From: Squalus acanthias
Taxonomy: Eukaryota
Assembly: GCA_030390025.1 (NCBI GenBank)
Contig: CM059431.1
Span: 100,380,001 to 100,444,000, forward strand
DNA length: 64,000 nucleotides
Direction: 5' to 3'
Position 1 is the first letter of the stretch. Every line of letters starts with the position of its first letter. A program made the translations under genes and the position numbers. Under the pieces are notes generated by a model. The model saw only the letters and a program-made list of their open reading frames with translations. It searched no databases and was not told the origin of the DNA. Shown piece by piece: positions 1-12,227 of the stretch.

Positions 1-372
1 TCAGTTAGCCTTCTAAACAGGCAATAATAATCTCCTTATCAAACTTGGTTAATCTTCCCACTATTCCCTCTTACAACAGTTCTGTATTCTCTTATAGAAT
101 TACCCAGAATGTACAGCACAGAAACAGGCCATTCGGCCCAACTGGTCCGTGCCGGTGTTTCTGCTCCACACGAGCCTCCTCCCACCTCTCTTCATCTCAC
201 CCCATCAGCGTAACTTTCTATTCCTTTCTCCCTCATGTGTTTATCTAGCTTCCCCTTAAAAGCATCTTATATCTTCTATATATATTTGTTACTTTTAACA
301 AGAATACATTTCCTAACCCCTGTGTCCAGTATTTTTACATTTCTCGATTTGGGGAATGATATCTATATTAAG

Positions 373-935
373 AATTATGCTAAACCTTTATAAATCACTG
401 GTTAGGCCCCAGCTGGAGTATTGTGTCCAATTCTGGGCACCGCACTTTAGGAAGGATGTCAAGGCCTTGCAGAGGGTGCAGAGGAGATTTACCGGAATGG
501 TACCAGGGATGAGGGACTTCAGTTACGTGGAGAAGCTGGGGTTGTTCTCCTTAGAGCAGAGAAGGTTAAGGGGATATTAAATAGCGGTTTTCAAAATTAT
601 GAAGGGTTTTGATAGAGTAAATAAGGTGAAACTATTTCTACTGGCGAGAGGGTCAGTAACCAGAGGGGACAGATTTAAGTTAATGGGCCAAAAAATCCAT
701 AGGGAAATTTTTTTTACACAGCGAGTTGTTGTGATCTGGAATGCGCTGCCTGAACGGGCGGTGGAAACAGATTCAATAGTAACTTTCAAAAGGGAATTAG
801 ATAAATACTTGAAGGGGAATAATTTGCAGGGCTATGGGGAAAGAGCAGGGGGGAGTGAGACTAATTGGAGAGCTCGTTCAAAGAGCCGGCACAGGCACGA
901 TGGGCCGAATGGCCTCCTTCTGTGCTGTATGATTC
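373..935 (+). mobile_element. CR1 LINE 3' fragment
   Basis: LYKSLVRPQLEYCVQFWAP, TRG..FK and WNALP motifs; (attctatg)n tail. Confidence 0.9.
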
Positions 936-937
936 TG

Positions 938-1066
938 ATGCGGAGATGCCGGTGTTGGGCTGGGGTGGACAAAAGTGAGAAGTCGCACAACACCAGGTTA
1001 TAGTCCAACAGTTTTATTTGAAATCACAAGCTTTCGGAGCTGCTGCCCCTTCGTCAGGTGAAGTGA
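938..1066 (-). mobile_element. Penelope-like short insertion (family B) with a minimal hammerhead motif at 1024-1061
   Basis: Minus strand reads tcac CTGACGA a ggggc agca gctcc GAAA gc tt gtga. Same element as 57512-57807. Confidence 0.65.
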
Positions 1067-1273
1067 TTCTATGATTCTATGATCTCTATTGCGGTACCAA
1101 TTCTCCAAACTTTTTGTGCTCCTAACAACCATCAGTATCAAAATCATGAGGTGCCACTCTTTGCAGCTTCTTGCAACCCTGCCTAATATATAAAAGAAAA
1201 AGTAATGGCATCAGTCCTTCAGTGTGTACGGTAGTTTTGTTTGTGACGTAAAACACAGTTCAGTTATATGATT

Positions 1274-1468
1274 TAAAAACAGAAAATACTGGAGATACTC
1301 AGCAGGGCAGGCAGCATCTGTGAAGAGAGAAACAGAGTTAACGTTTCAGGTCGATGACCTTTTGTCAGAACTGGAAAAAAGCAGGAAATGGAACAGATTT
1401 TTAAGCAAGTGCAGGGGCTGGGAAAGGCGGGGGGGGGGGGGGGATGAAAGAACAAAAGGGAAGGTCAA
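1274..1468 (-). mobile_element. Penelope-like short insertion (family A), degenerate hammerhead core
   Basis: 14-bp TSD tcagttatatgatt (1260-1273 / 1469-1482). Minus strand reads agtt CTGACAA a aggtc atc gacct GAAA cg tt aact. Confidence 0.65.
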
Positions 1469-1567
1469 TCAGTTATATGATTGATCCTCAGTCAGGTTAT
1501 TTAGTACCGCTTTTGGCGAAATGGATTACTATTTAAAAAAATATCTAATGTTATGTTTGTTTATCAG

Positions 1568-1770
1568 GCCATTAATTATAATTACTACTACTCTCTGAAT
1601 ACATGGCTACTCGTGTGTCCCTGGTGGCTGTGCTTTGATTGGTCAATGGGCTGTATACCTCTGATTAAATCAATCAACGACATTAGACTGTTTGCCCCTC
1701 TCGTACTTTGGCTCTTCCTCCTCGGCATCATGGTGCAAGCTTTGTGCTCCAAAAACACAGATGAACGAAG
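1568..1770 (+). CDS. TMTC4: TMTC4 internal coding exon (protein O-mannosyltransferase TMTC4, membrane region)
   Basis: cag| acceptor at 1565-1567 and |gtaagg donor at 1771. Translates AINYNYYYSLNTWLLVCPWWLCFDWSMGCIPLIKS...DER, matching recalled TMTC4 sequence. Ends in phase 2. Confidence 0.95.
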
Positions 1771-1886
1771 GTAAGGTGTTTGGTTTTGATAAATATTTAC
1801 CGTTACCAGTTGCATGTGAAGTTCCTTTGTGTGGCACTGAAAACTTATTATATTGGGCACACTGATGAGATCTGAGAAAATACATA

Positions 1887-2469
1887 GGGCTGGATTTTGT
1901 CTTGGGGTCGTGTTACCCACATTTCGTGTTGTCCCCCCGACTCCAGATTAATGTGGATGAATGATGCAATGTTCACTTAATTGGGCAATTGAGTTCCAGC
2001 ATGTGGGAACCCATGAACCAATTAGTGGTTTCATTGGGAAAGTCGCCTCTGATGATGTCATCATTGCAGGCTGCCTGGTCTCAGAGATTGCCTGGCTTTT
2101 GCTGTGAGTGGACCTGGATGCAAAATGAGGAGAGAGAGAGAACCTTCATCACATCTCCGTTGTAACAGTGGACCTGCAGCTGATAGTCAGCTATCCACTT
2201 GTGCTCCCGCCAGGTTTCACTGGAGTGTTTCACATCAGGCGTACTTCACGTCGGAAAAACTAGCTAAAACGTTTCAAAATGGCATTACAGAGCCAATTTA
2301 GGGCTTGTTAAGGGCTTTAATGGCCTCTCCCGCCTCTTGGAGGCGGGACGGAGTCGGGAACTCTGACCGATTTTGTCAAAATTGCGTGGGGTCGGGACCC
2401 CCGACCCCGCAACTTTAACCCCCCACACGCCTCCAAACCCGACTCTACAGGTCATTCAAAATCCAGCCC
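1887..2469. mobile_element. PIF/Harbinger-type MITE
   Basis: Perfect 13-bp TIR gggctggattttg / caaaatccagccc with 3-bp TSD ATA. Confidence 0.75.
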
Positions 2470-2579
2470 ATAGGTTTTTTTAAATGCCTTTCTTAATGAT
2501 TTATTTCCCTTTTTATTACTTTTATATTTTAAAAAATCCCATGTGCCGTGACTACAGAAGCTTGGATTGTTCTCCTTAA

Positions 2580-2998
2580 GAAAGAAAGAGTTGCATTTCT
2601 ACAGCACCTTTCACGACCTCAGAATGTCCCAAAGCACTTCACAGCCAATGAAGTACTTTTTGAAGAGCAGTCACTGTTGTAATGTAGGAAACGCGGCAGC
2701 CAATATGCGCACAGCAAGCTCCCACAAACAGCAATGTGATAATGACCAGATAATCTGTTTTAGTGATGTTGGTTGAGGGATAAATATTGGCCCAGGACAC
2801 CGGGGAGAACTCCCCTGCTCTTCTTCGAAATAGTGGCCGTGGGTTCTTTTACGTCCACCTGAGAGGGCAGACAGGGCCTCGGTTTAATGTCTCATCCGAA
2901 AAACGGCACCTCCGACAGTGCAGCACTCCCTCAGTAATGCACTGGAGTGTCAGCCTAGATTATGTGCTCAAGTCTCTGGAGTGGGACTTGAACCCACC
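2580..2998 (-). mobile_element. Deu-domain tRNA-derived SINE (SacSINE1-like), no array
   Basis: B box gggttcaagtccc on the minus strand, Deu-like core, aaatgcaa tail. Confidence 0.8.
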
Positions 2999-3119
2999 AC
3001 TTTCCAAGACACTGGGGATAACGACCCTGCTCCTCTTCGATATAGTGCTGTGAGATCTTTTACGTCCACCTTAGAGAGCAGACAGGGCCTCGGTTGAACC
3101 TGTCATCGCCTTGGTTCTA

Positions 3120-5070
3120 ACATCTTAGAGCAGAGAAGGTTAAGGAGAGATTTAATAGAAGTGTTTAAAATCATGAGGGCATTTTGATCGAGTAAATAAG
3201 GAGAAACTGTTTCCAGTGGCAGGAGGGTCGGTAACCAGAGGACACAGATTCAAGGTAATTGGCAAAAGAACCAGAGGGGAGATGAGAATGTTTTTTACGC
3301 AGCGAGTTGTTATGATCTGGAATGCGCTCCCTGAAAGGGCGGTGGAAGCAGATTCAATAGTAACTTTCAAAAGAGAATTGGATAAATACTTGAAAAGGAA
3401 AAATTTGCAGGGCTCTGGGGACAGAGCAGGGGGAGTGGGACTAATTGGAGAGCTCTTTCAAAGAGCCGGCACAGGCACGATGGGACAAATGGCCTCCTCC
3501 TATGCTGTAAGGGAGGGGGTGAAGGCAGGGTGCTTGCTCTTAAGACATGTGCTGGTTGCACTCCTGAGCTAGTTGGTGGGAAGTACTCAAGTCCTGTATC
3601 GATTCATTATACAATCTTTCCTCCTTTATCATGGTTAAGCGAGTCTTCTGGGAGAAGTAGTTGAATGGAGAAATACTTTTTTTGGGGGGTGGGGAGGGTA
3701 ATTTGCAAAAAATATTTATTTCTCTGTTGGTCAAAATGCTGCCTCATATGAGATCCATCATATTCGATCCCACAGCCAGAAAGCATCCACTTGGTTGACA
3801 TATTTAATGTACCCATCTTTGGGTGACTACCATTGATTTGAGTAGGAATCTGTACCCTTTTGAAAAATTAATTACATAGAATTGACAGCACAATTTGGCC
3901 TAACTGGTCCGTGCCGGTGTTTCTGCTCCACACGAGCCTCCTCCCACCTCTCTTCATCTCACCCTATCAACATATCCTTCGATTCCTTTCTCCCTCATCT
4001 GTTTATCTAGCTTCCCCTTAAATGTATCTACGCTATTCGCTTCAACCACTCCCTGTGGTAGCGAGTTCCACATTCTCACCACTCTCTGGGTAAAGAAGTT
4101 TCTCCTGAATTCCCTATTGGATTTATTAGTGGCTATCTTACGTTTCTGCCCCCCCCCCCACCCCTAGTTTTGAATTCTCCCACAAGTGGAAACGTCTTCT
4201 CTACATCTGCCCTATCGAACCCTTTCATAATCTAAAGATCTCTATCACCATCTCACCACTCTCTGGGTAAAGAAGTTTCTCCTGAATTCCAATACAATAT
4301 TCTTTTCTTCTCTCTTGTGTTTGCTGAGCTTCCCCTTGAATGAATCTACGCTACTCGCCTCATCCATTTTACGTGGCAGCGAGTTCCTTATTAGATTTAC
4401 TAGTGACTGTCTTGTATTTATGACCCTTGTCATTCAAGTGCTATTCAATAGCTCGGTTTTGGCCCATAGCTCAATGATAGATTGTTGGGGGCGTACCTGT
4501 TGGATATGTACCTAAGTAGGCATTCTCCGGCTGGAAATCAGGCATTATTCACTGCGAGGCTGCAGTTTGATTTACAAGACCGAACTCTTCTGACTCTTGG
4601 ATAATGGGAGATCACTTTTTTTTTTAAGAAGCAGCAGAGGAGAGGTTGAGTAGATTGGGCCTATATTCCCGAGAGTTTAGAAGAATGAGAGGTGATCGCA
4701 TTAAAACATATACAATTCTGAGTGGGCTTGACAGGGTAGATGCTGAGAGGCTGTTTCCCCCTGGCTGGAGAGTCCAGAACTAGGGGGGTTGCAGTCTCAG
4801 GATAAGGGGTCGGCCATTTAAGACTGAGACAAGGAGGAATTTCTTCACTCCGAGGGTTGGGAATCTTTGAAATTCTCTACCCACAGAGGGCTTTGGATGC
4901 TCAGTCGTTGAGTCTAGACTGAGATCGATAGATTTTTGGACTCTAGGGGAATCGAGGGATATGGGGATCGGGCGGGAAAGTGGAGTCGAGGTCGAAGATC
5001 AGCCATGATCTTATTGAATGGCGGAGCAGGCGTGAGGGGCCGAATGGTCGACTCCCATTTCTTATGTTAT
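3120..5070. mobile_element. Cluster of CR1 3' fragments (3120-3510 +, 3875-4430 -, 4640-5070 +)
   Basis: Repeated FFTQRVV..WN.LP motif and gggccgaatggcc 3' UTR. Confidence 0.85.
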
Positions 5071-5385
5071 GATTTCCCTACCCCTCGGTGTCATTTCCCC
5101 TTATAAATCTGTGACTCTAGTCATTCATCTCCTTAATGAGATCAAGATGGGTTTTAAGGTACGGTACTGCAGGAGCAGAGCTTTGATTTACTTGCTGTGC
5201 AACTCCCAAAGCGAATGTTAAAAAGGTTTTATTATTTGTGTGTGTGATGGGTGGCTAATTCTAAGGCAGCTTCTACCCCTCTCCAAAAGTCTTTTTAACT
5301 GTGCCGACTTTTAACACCACTAAAATCTATACTGGAATGTTCATCTGACAGTAATTGTAACAAATGTATTTGAATACATTGACAG

Positions 5386-5560
5386 AATCCTCGCCTCTGG
5401 AATCACTCTTGTGATCATCCCATTCCTTCCTGCATCTAACCTTTTCTTCAGAGTGGGGTTTGTGATTGCAGAGCGAGTCATCTATCTCTCCAGTGCTGGT
5501 TATTGCATGCTGTTGTCTTACGGCATTTGCATCTTGTCCAGACAAGGCAGGAGAATCAAG
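5386..5560 (+). CDS. TMTC4: TMTC4 coding exon
   Basis: cag| acceptor and |gtaggg donor. (R)ILASGITLVIIPFLPASNLFFRVGFVIAERVIYLSSAGYC...RIK contains the TMTC PFLPASNLFF.VGF..AER motif. Phase matches the previous exon. Confidence 0.95.
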
Positions 5561-5689
5561 GTAGGGGCATGCATTTATTTGGATTTTTTTTTTCCTGTTC
5601 CTGTATGAACGAATGTTAGCTTCACAAATTGCAGGCTTGAAATGGGTTCTCGATCTCAATTTTATTTTTTGCTCCGTAACTTTCTTTAG

Positions 5690-5821
5690 AATGTCATCTC
5701 TGTTGCTGTGACAGGCTTGGTAATCCTGAATATTCTGCGATGTATCAGGCGGAGTTACCAGTGGCGGACAGAAGAAGATCTTTTCACAAGTGCCTTGTCG
5801 GTCTGTCCCTTCAATGCTAAA
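5690..5821 (+). CDS. TMTC4: TMTC4 coding exon
   Basis: tttctttag| acceptor and |gtaaga donor. NVISVAVTGLVILNILRCIRRSYQWRTEEDLFTSALSVCPFNAK, 132 nt, phase 0-0. Confidence 0.95.
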
Positions 5822-5904
5822 GTAAGAAAATACATTTATTTGGAAGAAAAGAAAAGAACTCAATGTTTTGAAATAATTGATTTAGACAAATCATATTTTT
5901 ATAC

Positions 5905-6357
5905 TGCAGGTTGTCTTATGAGGAAAGGTTGGGCCTATACTCATTGGAGTTTAGAAGAATGAGAGGTGATCTGATTGAAACATATAAGATTCTGTGGGGG
6001 ATTGACAGGGTGGATGCAGAGAGGATGTTTCCCCTAGTGGGGAATCTAGAACGAGGGGGCACAGTCTCAGGATAAGGGGGTCACACGTTTAAGACGGAGA
6101 TGAGGAGAAATTTCTTCTCTGAGGGTCGTGAATCTTTGGAATTCTTTACCCCAGAGAGCTGTGGAAGCTGAGTCATTGAAGATATTCAAGGCGGAGATAG
6201 ACAGATTTTTGAGCAACAGGGGAGTCGAGGGTTATGGGGAGCGGGCGGGAAAGTGGAGTTGAGGCCAAGATCAGATCAGCCATGATCTCATTAAATGGCG
6301 GAGCAGGCTCGAGGGGCCGAATGGCCGACTCCTGCTCCTATTTCTTATGTTCTTATA
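5905..6357 (+). mobile_element. CR1 3' fragment
   Basis: LGLYSLEFRRMRGDLIE-type sequence and ttcttatg tail. A near-identical copy lies at 7355-7790. Confidence 0.85.
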
Positions 6358-6647
6358 TTGGAAGATAAATCTCTTATTCACTGACTAATCATGATTGAAG
6401 TTTTTATATTGCGGGTTGAATTTAATTTGCTCAGCAATGTAATTGTTTGTCACAATGCGCTGCCTCTTGCACTAAAAAAAGGACTTGCATTTAACAGCGC
6501 CTTTCACGACCACCGGACGTCCCAAAGTGCTTCACAGCCAATGAAGTATTTTTGAACTGTAGTCACTGTTATAATGTAGGAAACGTGGCAGCCAATTTGT
6601 GCACAGCAAGCTCCCACAAACAACAATGTGATAATGACCAGATCATC

Positions 6648-6951
6648 AGGGTGTGAGTGTGAGAGAGGGAGGAAGGGTGTGAGTGTGAGAGAGGGAGGGA
6701 GGGTGTGAGAGAGGGAGGGAGGGCGTGAGTGCGAGAGGGAGGGCGTGAGTGCGAGAGGGAGGGCGTGAGTGCGAGAGGGAGGGCGTGAGTGCGAGAGGGA
6801 GGGCGTGAGTGCGAGAGGGAGGGCGTGAGTGCGGGAGGGAGGGCGTGAGTGCGGGAGGGAGGGCGTGAGTGCGGGAGGGAGGGCGTGAGTGCGGGAGGGA
6901 GGGCGTGCGGGAGGGAGGGCGTGAGTGCGGGAGGGAGGGCGTGAGTGCGGG
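6648..6951. repeat. 20-bp G/A-rich minisatellite running into the gap
   Basis: Unit gagggagggcgtgagtgcg(a/g). Confidence 0.95.
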
Positions 6952-7151
6952 NNNNNNNNNNNNNNNNNNNNNNNNNNNNNNNNNNNNNNNNNNNNNNNNN
7001 NNNNNNNNNNNNNNNNNNNNNNNNNNNNNNNNNNNNNNNNNNNNNNNNNNNNNNNNNNNNNNNNNNNNNNNNNNNNNNNNNNNNNNNNNNNNNNNNNNNN
7101 NNNNNNNNNNNNNNNNNNNNNNNNNNNNNNNNNNNNNNNNNNNNNNNNNNN
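6952..7151. other. Assembly gap (200 N)
   Basis: Run of exactly 200 N directly after a G/A-rich tandem repeat. Confidence 1.
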
Positions 7152-7973
7152 TTTTATAATATTTCCACAAGCTATTCTACCCAATCTAACATTTCACCTT
7201 CACTGTGTCAGTAGCCTACAAACATTTCTGGGTGGCTATTAATTCCCTTTATTCCACCTCCACCTCGCCCCCACCATCATCATTTTACTGCATGGGTCTG
7301 GCTGGGAGATGTCCCTCCCTTGGGTGGATGGATGGCTAACACATCTCCAGGCTCTTGAGTAGGTTGGGCCTATACTCTCTGGAGTTTAGAAGAATGAGAG
7401 CTGATCTCATTGAAACATATAAGATTCTGAGGGGGATTGACAGAGTAGATGCTGAGAGGTTGTTTGCCCCTGGCTGGAGAGTCTAGAACTAGGGGTCACA
7501 GTCTCAGGATAAGGGGTCGGCCATTGAGGACTGAGATGAGGAGAAATTTCTTCACTCAGAGGGTGGTGAATCTTTGGAATTCTCTACCCCGAGGGCTGTG
7601 AAGGCTCAGTCGTTGAGTATATTCAAGACAGAGATCGATAGATTTTTGGACTCTAGGGGAATCGAGGGATATGGGGATCGGGCAGGAAAGTGGAGTTGAG
7701 GTCGAAGATCAGCCATGATCTTATTGAATGGCGGAGCAGGTTCGAGGGGCCGAATGGCCGACTCCTGCTCCTAAATCTTTTGTTCTTATATCCTTTCACC
7801 AACCTTCAGCCAGTCACTAGACCATGTGGGATAATAGCCTGGCGATAAAACTTCACTACATTGCAAGGCCTAGAAATGAGAAGACAGGTGGCCATAAAAC
7901 TTTGGGCAAAGGTAGATCATGAAGTGATTTTATTTTTCTTTGGCCTGTTATCTAATCTTTCCTTTGCTTTTAG

Positions 7974-8088
7974 TACGCAGACCTGCATCGGAACGTAGAT
8001 GCTCTCAATGCGTGGCGGAATGCTACCCTTCTCAAACCTAACCATAGCTTGGCTTGGAACAACTTGATCATATTACTTGATAACACAG
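7974..8088 (+). CDS. TMTC4: TMTC4 coding exon (TPR region)
   Basis: ttttag| acceptor and |gtaac donor. YADLHRNVDALNAWRNATLLKPNHSLAWNNLIILLDNT(G). Confidence 0.95.
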
Positions 8089-8224
8089 GTAACAGGTTGT
8101 ATTCTAGTCCTGTCCAGTGTTGTTTATTTTCTCTTATACCAGTTAGGCAGTTTAGTTTAAGATAACAATTGATGAATTATTTAGAATTATTATGTTAAGA
8201 TTTTTTTTTTTGATTTCCGTACAG

Positions 8225-8630
8225 TTTTGGCTGCCGGTCAGGCAACATTTCAGTTTTAAACTCCTCATCCTTGTTTTCAAATCCCTCCATGGCCTCGCCC
8301 CTCCCTATCTCTGTAACCTCCTCCGGCTCTACAATCCTCCGAGATCTCTGCGCTCCTCCAATTCTGGCCTCTTGCGCATCCCCGATTTCCATCGCCCCAC
8401 CATTGGTGGCCGTGCCTTCAGCTGCCTGGGCCCCGAGCTCTGGAATTCACTCCCTAAACCTCTCCGCCTCTCTCTCCTCCTTTAAGACGCTCCTTAAAAC
8501 CTACCTCTTTAACCAAGCTTTTGGTCACCTGTCCCTAATATCTCCTTATGTGGCTTGGTGTCAAATTTTGTTCAAACGCTCCTGGGACATTTTACTATTT
8601 TAAGGCGCTATATAAATGCAAGTTGTTGTT
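8225..8630 (+). mobile_element. L2-clade LINE 3' fragment
   Basis: WLPV..FK.LILVFKSLHGLAPPYL..GGRAFS..GP.LWNSLP; tail aaggcgctatataaatgcaagttgttgttg. Related copies at 13820-14270 (+), 20400-21090 (-) and 48935-49400 (-). Confidence 0.85.
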
Positions 8631-9251
8631 GGGAAGGGGAAAGAGGAATTTAGCACGATGTGGTATGGAGTGTTTACCTCCGTTTATGTTGGCCTTGGAG
8701 AGATGCTTGCGTTGATGGTTCCTGAAGAGCTGGTGCACCCAGTAGCAACCACAGTGTGACATCGGCTGGGTTTGCCAGGTGGGAAGGACCTGGCGCACAT
8801 GGGTTTTCCTGATAGCCGATCACAGAGAGTCTGGTAAGTTTACATTGGAGTTGCCACTTGGGTGGGTGAGACATTTGCGTCAGAACCATTACAAACACCT
8901 CTCCAAGGCCATTTTGAAAGAAAGAACGAACTTGCATTTCTATAGCGCCCTACACGATCTCCGGACGCCCCCAACTGTTGTAATTTAGGAAACACGCAGC
9001 CAATTTGCGCACAGCAAGCTCCCACAGACAGCAGTGAGATAACGACCCAGTAATCTGTTTTTAGTGATGTTGGTTGAGGAAGAATATGTAATATGGAGCA
9101 TTGCTGCTCTATCTACTTCCCCCACTGCACCACTCTCCTGCACACAGTAGGGCTGGAACCTTGACCAAGTTCTTCTGCACGTAGATCCTACACCACAACA
9201 CAGCATCCAATTTTAAAATGTACATTTTTTTGTATATTCTCCTGCCAGTGA

Positions 9252-9901
9252 CATAGAACGATACCGCACAAAAGGAGGCCATTCGGCCCATCGTGCCTGT
9301 GCCGGCTCTTTGAAAGAGCTCTCCAATTAGTCCCACTCCCCCCATCTCTCTCCCCACAGCCCTGTAAATTTTTCCTTTTCAAGTATTTATCCAATTCCCT
9401 TTTGAAAGTTACTATTGAATCTGCTTCCACCGCCCTTTCAGGCAGCGCATTCCAGATCATAACAACTCATCTCCCCTCTGGTTCTTTTTGCCAATTATCT
9501 TCAATCTGTGTCCTCTGGTTACCGACCCTCCTGCCACTGGAAACAGTTTCTCCTTATTTACTCATCAAAACCCATCATAATTTTGAACACCTCTATTAAA
9601 TCTCCCCTTAACCTTCTCAGCTCTAAGGAGAACAACCCCAACTTCACTAGTCTTCTTCGGCAGCACCTCCCAAACCCGCGGCCTCTACCACCTAGAAGGA
9701 CAAGGGCAGCAGGCGCATGGGAACACCACCACCTCCAAGTTCCCCTCCAAGTCACACACCATCCTGACTTGGAAATATATCGGCCGTTCCTTCATCGTCG
9801 CTGGGTCAAAATCCTGGAACTCCCTCCTTAACAGCACTGTGGGAGCACCTTCACCACACGGACTGCAGCGTTCAAGAAGGCGGCTCACCACCACCTTCTC
9901 A
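9252..9901. mobile_element. CR1 3' fragment (-) joined to the 3' fragment of a second LINE family (+, 9650-9901)
   Basis: WNALPERAVEADS on the minus strand; ..KSWNSLLNSTVGAPSPHGLQRFKKAAHHHLL on the plus strand. Confidence 0.75.
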
Positions 9902-10092
9902 AACTCTTCATATTGTTGAAAGCTCTATGAAAGAAGGACACTATCGAGCATGACTGGAATAAAACAATAATTTAAAACAAAATTAAATTTTACAAATTGA
10001 ATTTACTATAAACTGTGTTTTCAAGATATGTGCTATTAAGTTACGCAAAGGTGTAATTTAGTGTGTGTGTGTGTATGTATATATTATATATA

Positions 10093-10795
10093 GGGGCAGA
10101 TTTTCCGCTTTGGCCGCCATCGGCGATCCAGTCACAGATTGCGGCCGTTTTGAGAAGTGTTTTATTTTCCCTGTGTTTCTGCTCAAACTCATTTGCATAT
10201 CGCCGAATGCCAAATCTGCCCTGAACCAGTGCAGTCGGGCAGCGTTTTAAAATGTAGTTTTAAAAAAAAAAAATTCCTTGATATATTTAAGAGCGGCAAC
10301 TTGGCGCAGTTTGATTAATCCAGCTGATAATATGGTTCATCACAAAAAAAAATAAGCATTTTAAATCACGCTGTCAATTTTGCCAGCACCTGTGAGGAAC
10401 CCGATTTTAAATGACTGAAAATGACTTTTAAAAATAAATAAATGCAGAACCATTTGCTGTTACACCGGCGGTACAGCAGTCAGTTTCTTAGTAAAGTAAA
10501 AAAAATAGCTTTCAAAACGTTCCTATTGGTGTCCTTGCGCCCAAAAGTTTCAGCTTAATTTTTTGGAGCCTCCTCGAAGGTTCAGAAACGGGCGCAATTA
10601 GCGGAAACTCGCCGCGGTGATTAATTCACCCTGGGGGCGGGGCCGGCTTCTAGCCTGATGTTTTTTTAAAAACAAGTGCAAAAGATCGCGAAAACTCGAG
10701 TTGCGCTTAAAATTCCGCGATGTTTTGCGCGGGTTACGGCGATTTCGGGCGAATTGCGCCAAAAACCCAGCGCAACCGAGCGGAAACTCACGCCC
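10093..10795. mobile_element. CpG-rich MITE-like element (Harbinger-like termini)
   Basis: Imperfect TIR ggggcagattttccgct / agcggaaactcacgccc. CpG-rich ends and an AT-rich middle. Confidence 0.5.
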
Positions 10796-10858
10796 AATTA
10801 CAACTGCTAGAAGTGACTGTTATTTTAATATCTAAACCAGTGTTCTTTTAATAACTAG

Positions 10859-10971
10859 GCAATTTAGCACAAGCTGAAACAGTTGGAAAAGAAGCCCTAA
10901 AATTGCTACCCACTGATCACACAATTATGTTTTCGTTTGCGAATGTGCTTGGTAAATTGAAAAAGTACAAG
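10859..10971 (+). CDS. TMTC4: TMTC4 coding exon (TPR region)
   Basis: tag| acceptor and |gtgagt donor. (G)NLAQAETVGKEALKLLPTDHTIMFSFANVLGKLKKYK; phases consistent with both neighbours. Confidence 0.95.
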
Positions 10972-11101
10972 GTGAGTTCTTACAAATTGGGAACTTTTGT
11001 ACCGCTTTATTTTTAAAGTATAAGAAACGCACACACAATTCCACTCTTGGGTATGCAAGGTCAAGTGCTTTTTACTCTGTTTTCATACCATTTTAAACGG
11101 T

Positions 11102-12050
11102 ATCAGCTGTGGCTCAGTGGGTAGCACTCTCTCCTCTGAGTCAGAAGGTTGTGGGTTCAAGCCCCACTTCAGAGACTTGAGCACAAAAAATCTAGGCTGA
11201 CATTCCAGTGCAGTGCTGAGGGAGCGCTGCACTGTCAGAGGGGCAGTACTGAGGGAGTGCTGCACTGTTGAGGGGCAGTACTGAGGGAGAGCTGTACTGT
11301 CGGAGGGGCAGTACTGAGGGAGTGCCGCACTGTCGGAGGGGCAGTACTGAGGGAGTGCTGCACTGTCAGAGGGGCAGTGCTGAGGGAGCGCTGCACTGTC
11401 GGAGGGGCAGTACTGAGGGAGTGCTGCACTGTTGAGGGGCAGTACTGAGGGAGAGCTGTACTGTCGGAGGGGCAGTACTGAGGGAGTGCCGCACTGTCGG
11501 AGGGGCAGTACTGAGGGAGCGCTGCACTGTTGGAGGGGCAGTACTGAGGGAGTGCTGCACTGTTGGAGGGGCAGTACTGAGGGAGTGCTGCACTGTTGAG
11601 GGGCAGTACTGAGGGAGAGCTGTACTGTCGGAGGGGCGGGACTGAGGGAGCGCCGCACTGTCGGAGGGGCGGGACTAAGGGAGCGCTGCATGGTCGGAGG
11701 GGCAGTACTGAGGGAGTGCTGCACTGTCTGAGGTGCTGTCTTTTGAATGAGACATTAAACCGAGGCCCTGTCTGTTCTTTCAGGTGGATGTAAAAGACCC
11801 ACTATTTCGAAGAAGAGCAGGGGAGTTTCTCCCCAGTGTCCAATTTTTATTCCTCAACCAACATCACTAAAACATGATCTGGTCATTATCACATTGCTGT
11901 TTGTGGGAGCTTGCTGTGCGCAAATTGGCTGCCACGTTTCCCATATTACAACAGTGACTACACTTCAAAAATACTTCATTGGCTGTAAAGCGCTTTGGAC
12001 GTCCTGAGGTCGTGAAAGGCGCTGGAGAAATGCAAGTCTTTCTTTTCTTT
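11102..12050 (+). mobile_element. Deu-domain SINE with internal 33-bp array (about 16 units, 11205-11730)
   Basis: A box tggctcagtgg, B box gggttcaagccc, array, Deu core, aaatgcaagtctttc tail. Confidence 0.88.
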
Positions 12051-12227
12051 TTTAAATACTTTTCCTAATTTAACATAATTGCTTTATGAAAATTGTTTTC
12101 AGCAATGTGACATCTTGCACCCCATAACAACTGACAGTATAGTGTCTGGAAGTATGTTTGCAAGAAATTGGCAATGGATTAAGGCTTGTAAGAGTGTTTT
12201 GATTCTCGGTTGGTGTCGATAATATAT

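Noticed and set aside
5327..5863. 178-aa minus-strand ORF
   Set aside because: Antisense shadow of two TMTC4 exons and their intron; no recognisable motif.
6504..7242. ORFs spanning the N run
   Set aside because: Artefacts of the gap and the adjacent minisatellite.
11102..11175. tRNA-like A/B-box segments as tRNA genes
   Set aside because: They are SINE heads that continue into the Deu core; no complete cloverleaf.
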